From contig NW_027271764.1 of NCBI RefSeq assembly GCF_040938485.1, positions 124,001 to 188,000 of the forward strand: 64,000 nt of DNA. Direction: 5' to 3'. The notes beneath the pieces are model-generated. The model saw only the letters and a list, made by a program, of their open reading frames with translations. It had not been told where the DNA came from and searched no databases. This stretch comes from Diadema antillarum (taxonomy: Eukaryota). Position numbers and translations under genes: made by a program. Position 1 is the first letter of the stretch. Each line of letters opens with the position of its first letter. Shown piece by piece: positions 63,001 to 64,000 of this stretch.

Positions 63001-63245
63001 ATTCACACAAACTATTATGCTCATGAAATATATGATGTCTACAGGATTTCTTTGATGATCACAGGTGTAATCGGTCTTCACATGTTGTTTTCATATTATC
63101 TATGATCTTACATTGTGTTTCTATGTTTCTGTGTACTAGCTGAATGAAGAGTTCCAGCAGGATGAATCGTGCAGTACGTCAGTCTACTGCATCAGCCTGG
63201 CATGGTTCAAGCAATGGGAGGCATTCGTCAAGGCAAAGCAAGCAG
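42034..63245 (+). CDS. USP20: Ubiquitin carboxyl-terminal hydrolase 20/33-like (ZnF-UBP + USP catalytic + DUSP domains); continues beyond right edge
   Basis: 23 phase-consistent coding exons; ZnF-UBP ([30 protein letters not shown]), Cys box [53 protein letters not shown], His box [28 protein letters not shown]. Single ortholog of vertebrate USP20/USP33. Confidence 0.96.
42415..42468 (+). CDS. USP20: USP20/33 exon (ZnF-UBP)
   Basis: tttcag|[18 protein letters not shown]|gtaagt. Confidence 0.92.
42539..43105. mobile_element. TTAA MITE family D relative, full-length
   Basis: TTAA-AGGACAAGTCCACCTTCA...TGAAGGTGAACTTGTCCT-TTAA; long TIRs. Confidence 0.85.
43409..44339 (+). mobile_element. Helentron-associated non-autonomous element (HINE/DINE-like) with internal minisatellite
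   Basis: T-run, subTIR GTCCCCGCC (43415), (GTCT/GT)n, ~6 x 120-130 bp tandem units, inverted subTIR GGCGGGGAC (44300), hairpin ATTACGC-ACC-GCGTAAT (44313-44329), CTAC-TTTT. Confidence 0.75.
44727..44789 (+). CDS. USP20: USP20/33 exon (ZnF-UBP)
   Basis: gtccag|[21 protein letters not shown]|gtaagt. Confidence 0.92.
45311..45642 (+). CDS. USP20: USP20/33 exon (end of ZnF-UBP + His-rich insert)
   Basis: ttgcag|[23 protein letters not shown]...EHYS CA|gtgagt. Confidence 0.85.
46256..46435. mobile_element. Tc1/mariner-type (pogo/Tigger-like) MITE
   Basis: TA-CAGTGCACTCC...GGAGTCCACT; copy at 63506-63691. Confidence 0.7.
46503..46582 (+). CDS. USP20: USP20/33 exon (linker)
   Basis: actag|G IPSFRTVN...DDTKPR G|gtaggg. 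Confidence 0.85.
46600..47155. repeat. Cluster of foldback palindromes in USP20/33 intron
   Basis: Hairpins 46792-46859 and 47042-47155 (13-nt loop with CTGCGCT); 11-bp inverted TATATTCCACA / TGTGGAATATA at 46604 and 47001. Confidence 0.6.
47493..47562 (+). CDS. USP20: USP20/33 exon (Cys box)
   Basis: [23 protein letters not shown]|gtaagt. Confidence 0.95.
48341..48454 (+). CDS. USP20: USP20/33 exon
   Basis: [15 protein letters not shown]...IWGRK|gtgagg. Confidence 0.92.
48984..49062 (+). CDS. USP20: USP20/33 exon
   Basis: PSYMTPSSL...FKGFTQQ|gtagtt. Confidence 0.92.
49512..49968 (+). CDS. USP20: USP20/33 exon (DSQEFL box + disordered insert)
   Basis: [20 protein letters not shown]...APTR G|gtgaga. 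Confidence 0.92.
51146..51280 (+). CDS. USP20: USP20/33 exon (disordered insert)
   Basis: gtgcag|NTRSRTVSS...SRDA G|gtcaga, phase-compatible. Confidence 0.8.
51598..51698 (+). CDS. USP20: USP20/33 exon
   Basis: [33 protein letters not shown]|gtaagc. Confidence 0.93.
52538..52698 (+). CDS. USP20: USP20/33 exon
   Basis: [21 protein letters not shown]...YGLIT|gtatgt. Confidence 0.92.
54022..54233. mobile_element. TACTGT...MITE with CGCGAAAAT repeats
   Basis: TIR TACTGTGCGAGTTGAAATTTT vs reverse complement TACAGTACGAGCTGAAATTTT. Confidence 0.65.
54276..54349 (+). CDS. USP20: USP20/33 exon (tandem acceptor 54276/54279)
   Basis: (S)[23 protein letters not shown]|gtaatc. Confidence 0.92.
54757..54790 (+). 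CDS. USP20: USP20/33 exon
   Basis: [11 protein letters not shown]|gtaagt. Confidence 0.92.
55205..55558 (+). mobile_element. Same SINE family, intronic copy in USP20/33
   Basis: Near-identical to 24198-24554; tail AACAAACAAA. Confidence 0.8.
55676..55721 (+). CDS. USP20: USP20/33 exon
   Basis: [15 protein letters not shown]|gtaaga. Confidence 0.92.
56316..56436 (+). CDS. USP20: USP20/33 exon
   Basis: [12 protein letters not shown]...DMTPYLAK|gtgagg. Confidence 0.93.
56944..57009 (+). CDS. USP20: USP20/33 exon
   Basis: [21 protein letters not shown]|gtgagt. Confidence 0.93.
57588..57714 (+). CDS. USP20: USP20/33 exon (His box)
   Basis: [10 protein letters not shown]...WYEYDD...EAYVLFY|gtgaga. 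Confidence 0.95.
58297..58360 (+). CDS. USP20: USP20/33 exon
   Basis: [21 protein letters not shown]|gtgaga. Confidence 0.9.
58539..58894. mobile_element. MITE family B copy
   Basis: TTAAAGGCATAATTTACC...GGTAAACGGTACCTTTA. Confidence 0.75.
59379..59484 (+). CDS. USP20: USP20/33 exon (DUSP1)
   Basis: [15 protein letters not shown]...[14 protein letters not shown]|gtcaga. Confidence 0.93.
59893..59974 (+). CDS. USP20: USP20/33 exon (DUSP1)
   Basis: [26 protein letters not shown]|gtgagt. Confidence 0.92.
60760..61000. repeat. Degenerate (GAAAT/GAATT/GAAATG)n satellite
   Basis: Direct reading; ends ~30 nt before the 61032 exon. Confidence 0.85.
61032..61140 (+). CDS. USP20: USP20/33 exon
   Basis: [19 protein letters not shown]...METFIR|gtgagt. 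Confidence 0.92.
61276..61575. mobile_element. MITE family A copy 2
   Basis: Same TIRs and internal sequence as 6122-6424. Confidence 0.85.
61752..62054. mobile_element. MITE family A copy 3
   Basis: Same TIRs, same orientation as copy 2. Confidence 0.85.
62223..62611. mobile_element. TTAA MITE family C, full-length
   Basis: TTAA-AGGGATGG...GATCCCT-TTAA. Confidence 0.75.
63140..63245 (+). CDS. USP20: USP20/33 exon (DUSP2 start)
   Basis: [10 protein letters not shown]...[20 protein letters not shown]|gtgggt. Confidence 0.92.
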
Positions 63246-63505
63246 GTGGGTGGAAAATAATTATCTCAAGGATATTGTCAAGGACGAGCTGCATTTATTA
63301 TCAGTGTGCATTATTATTAGGAAGAATGACCTTCAGGGTACCTGTCACTGTGATCTATGATTATTGCTGCTGCTGTTGTTGTCATTTGGTGTTGGTCTCT
63401 TGCTTTAATAAGATGGTAGTAGTAGTTGTAAAAGTAGCAGTGAGTGTTTAAAGATATAGTAGTCAAACACATTTAAAATGATAGAGGAACATATTACTTC
63501 ACATA

Positions 63506-63691
63506 CAGTGCACTCCCGTTATAACGAACACGGATAAAATGAAATTCCAGTTACAACGAGATAGAAATTCAGGCTGCAACATTATCGGCTCTATGTATTT
63601 TTATTGTTTATTTGTTCTGTTGCAACGAAATTTCGATGTAACAAAAGAAAACTGCCAGTTCCAAGGATTTTGTTATAACGGGAGTCCATTG
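63506..63691. mobile_element. Tc1/mariner-type MITE
   Basis: TA-CAGTGCACTCCCGTTATAAC...GTTATAACGGGAGTCCATTG-TA. Confidence 0.8.
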
Positions 63692-64000
63692 TACGGATAT
63701 GACAAAATGGTGCTCTTGAGTGTTTTTGAGAGCAAGTCTGAGTCTAAACATAGATGTCACAGATGGTCATGCATGGGCTGCACATACACACAGTGTACAT
63801 AGCGTGCTGGTATGTCTTTTCACACTTGCAGCGTTGCTCAGTAACTGTTGCATATATGCCCTTTTGTCACACATTCTTAACCACTTCAGAAAGCAGCATT
63901 TGGTGAAAGATGGAAAATGATGAGATTTTAAACTACTGTCTCATTTTTTAAGTTTTAGAACAGACGATGCTTGTAACTCTCTCCTCCCATTATGGAAATC

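Overview
Eukaryotic, intron-rich genomic DNA (GT-AG introns, microsatellites, many poly-G/C runs, one 159-N gap at 27819-27977). Gene and repeat content suggest an invertebrate deuterostome, probably an echinoderm (inference). Five protein-coding genes were reconstructed by hand with consistent intron phases: (1) LRRIQ3-like, minus strand, 6 coding exons 6703..447, running off the left edge; (2) an intronless GT31 beta-1,3-glycosyltransferase, minus strand 17529-18608, DxD intact; (3) a divergently oriented intronless GT31 paralog, plus strand ~21507-23249, with an intact ORF but no DxD and other catalytic motifs altered (candidate pseudoenzyme); (4) an unrecognised 3-exon secreted, Cys-free helical protein, minus strand 37119..29793; (5) USP20/USP33-like deubiquitinase, plus strand, 23 coding exons 42034..63245, running off the right edge. 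Intergenic and intronic DNA is crowded with non-autonomous elements (TTAA MITEs, Harbinger-like, Tc1/mariner-like, a Helentron-type HINE, tRNA-SINEs, CR1/L2 fragments), a Penelope-type fragment with a minimal hammerhead ribozyme, and a MITE pair flanked by one shared 6-bp direct repeat. All family assignments come from motif recognition; no database searches were run.
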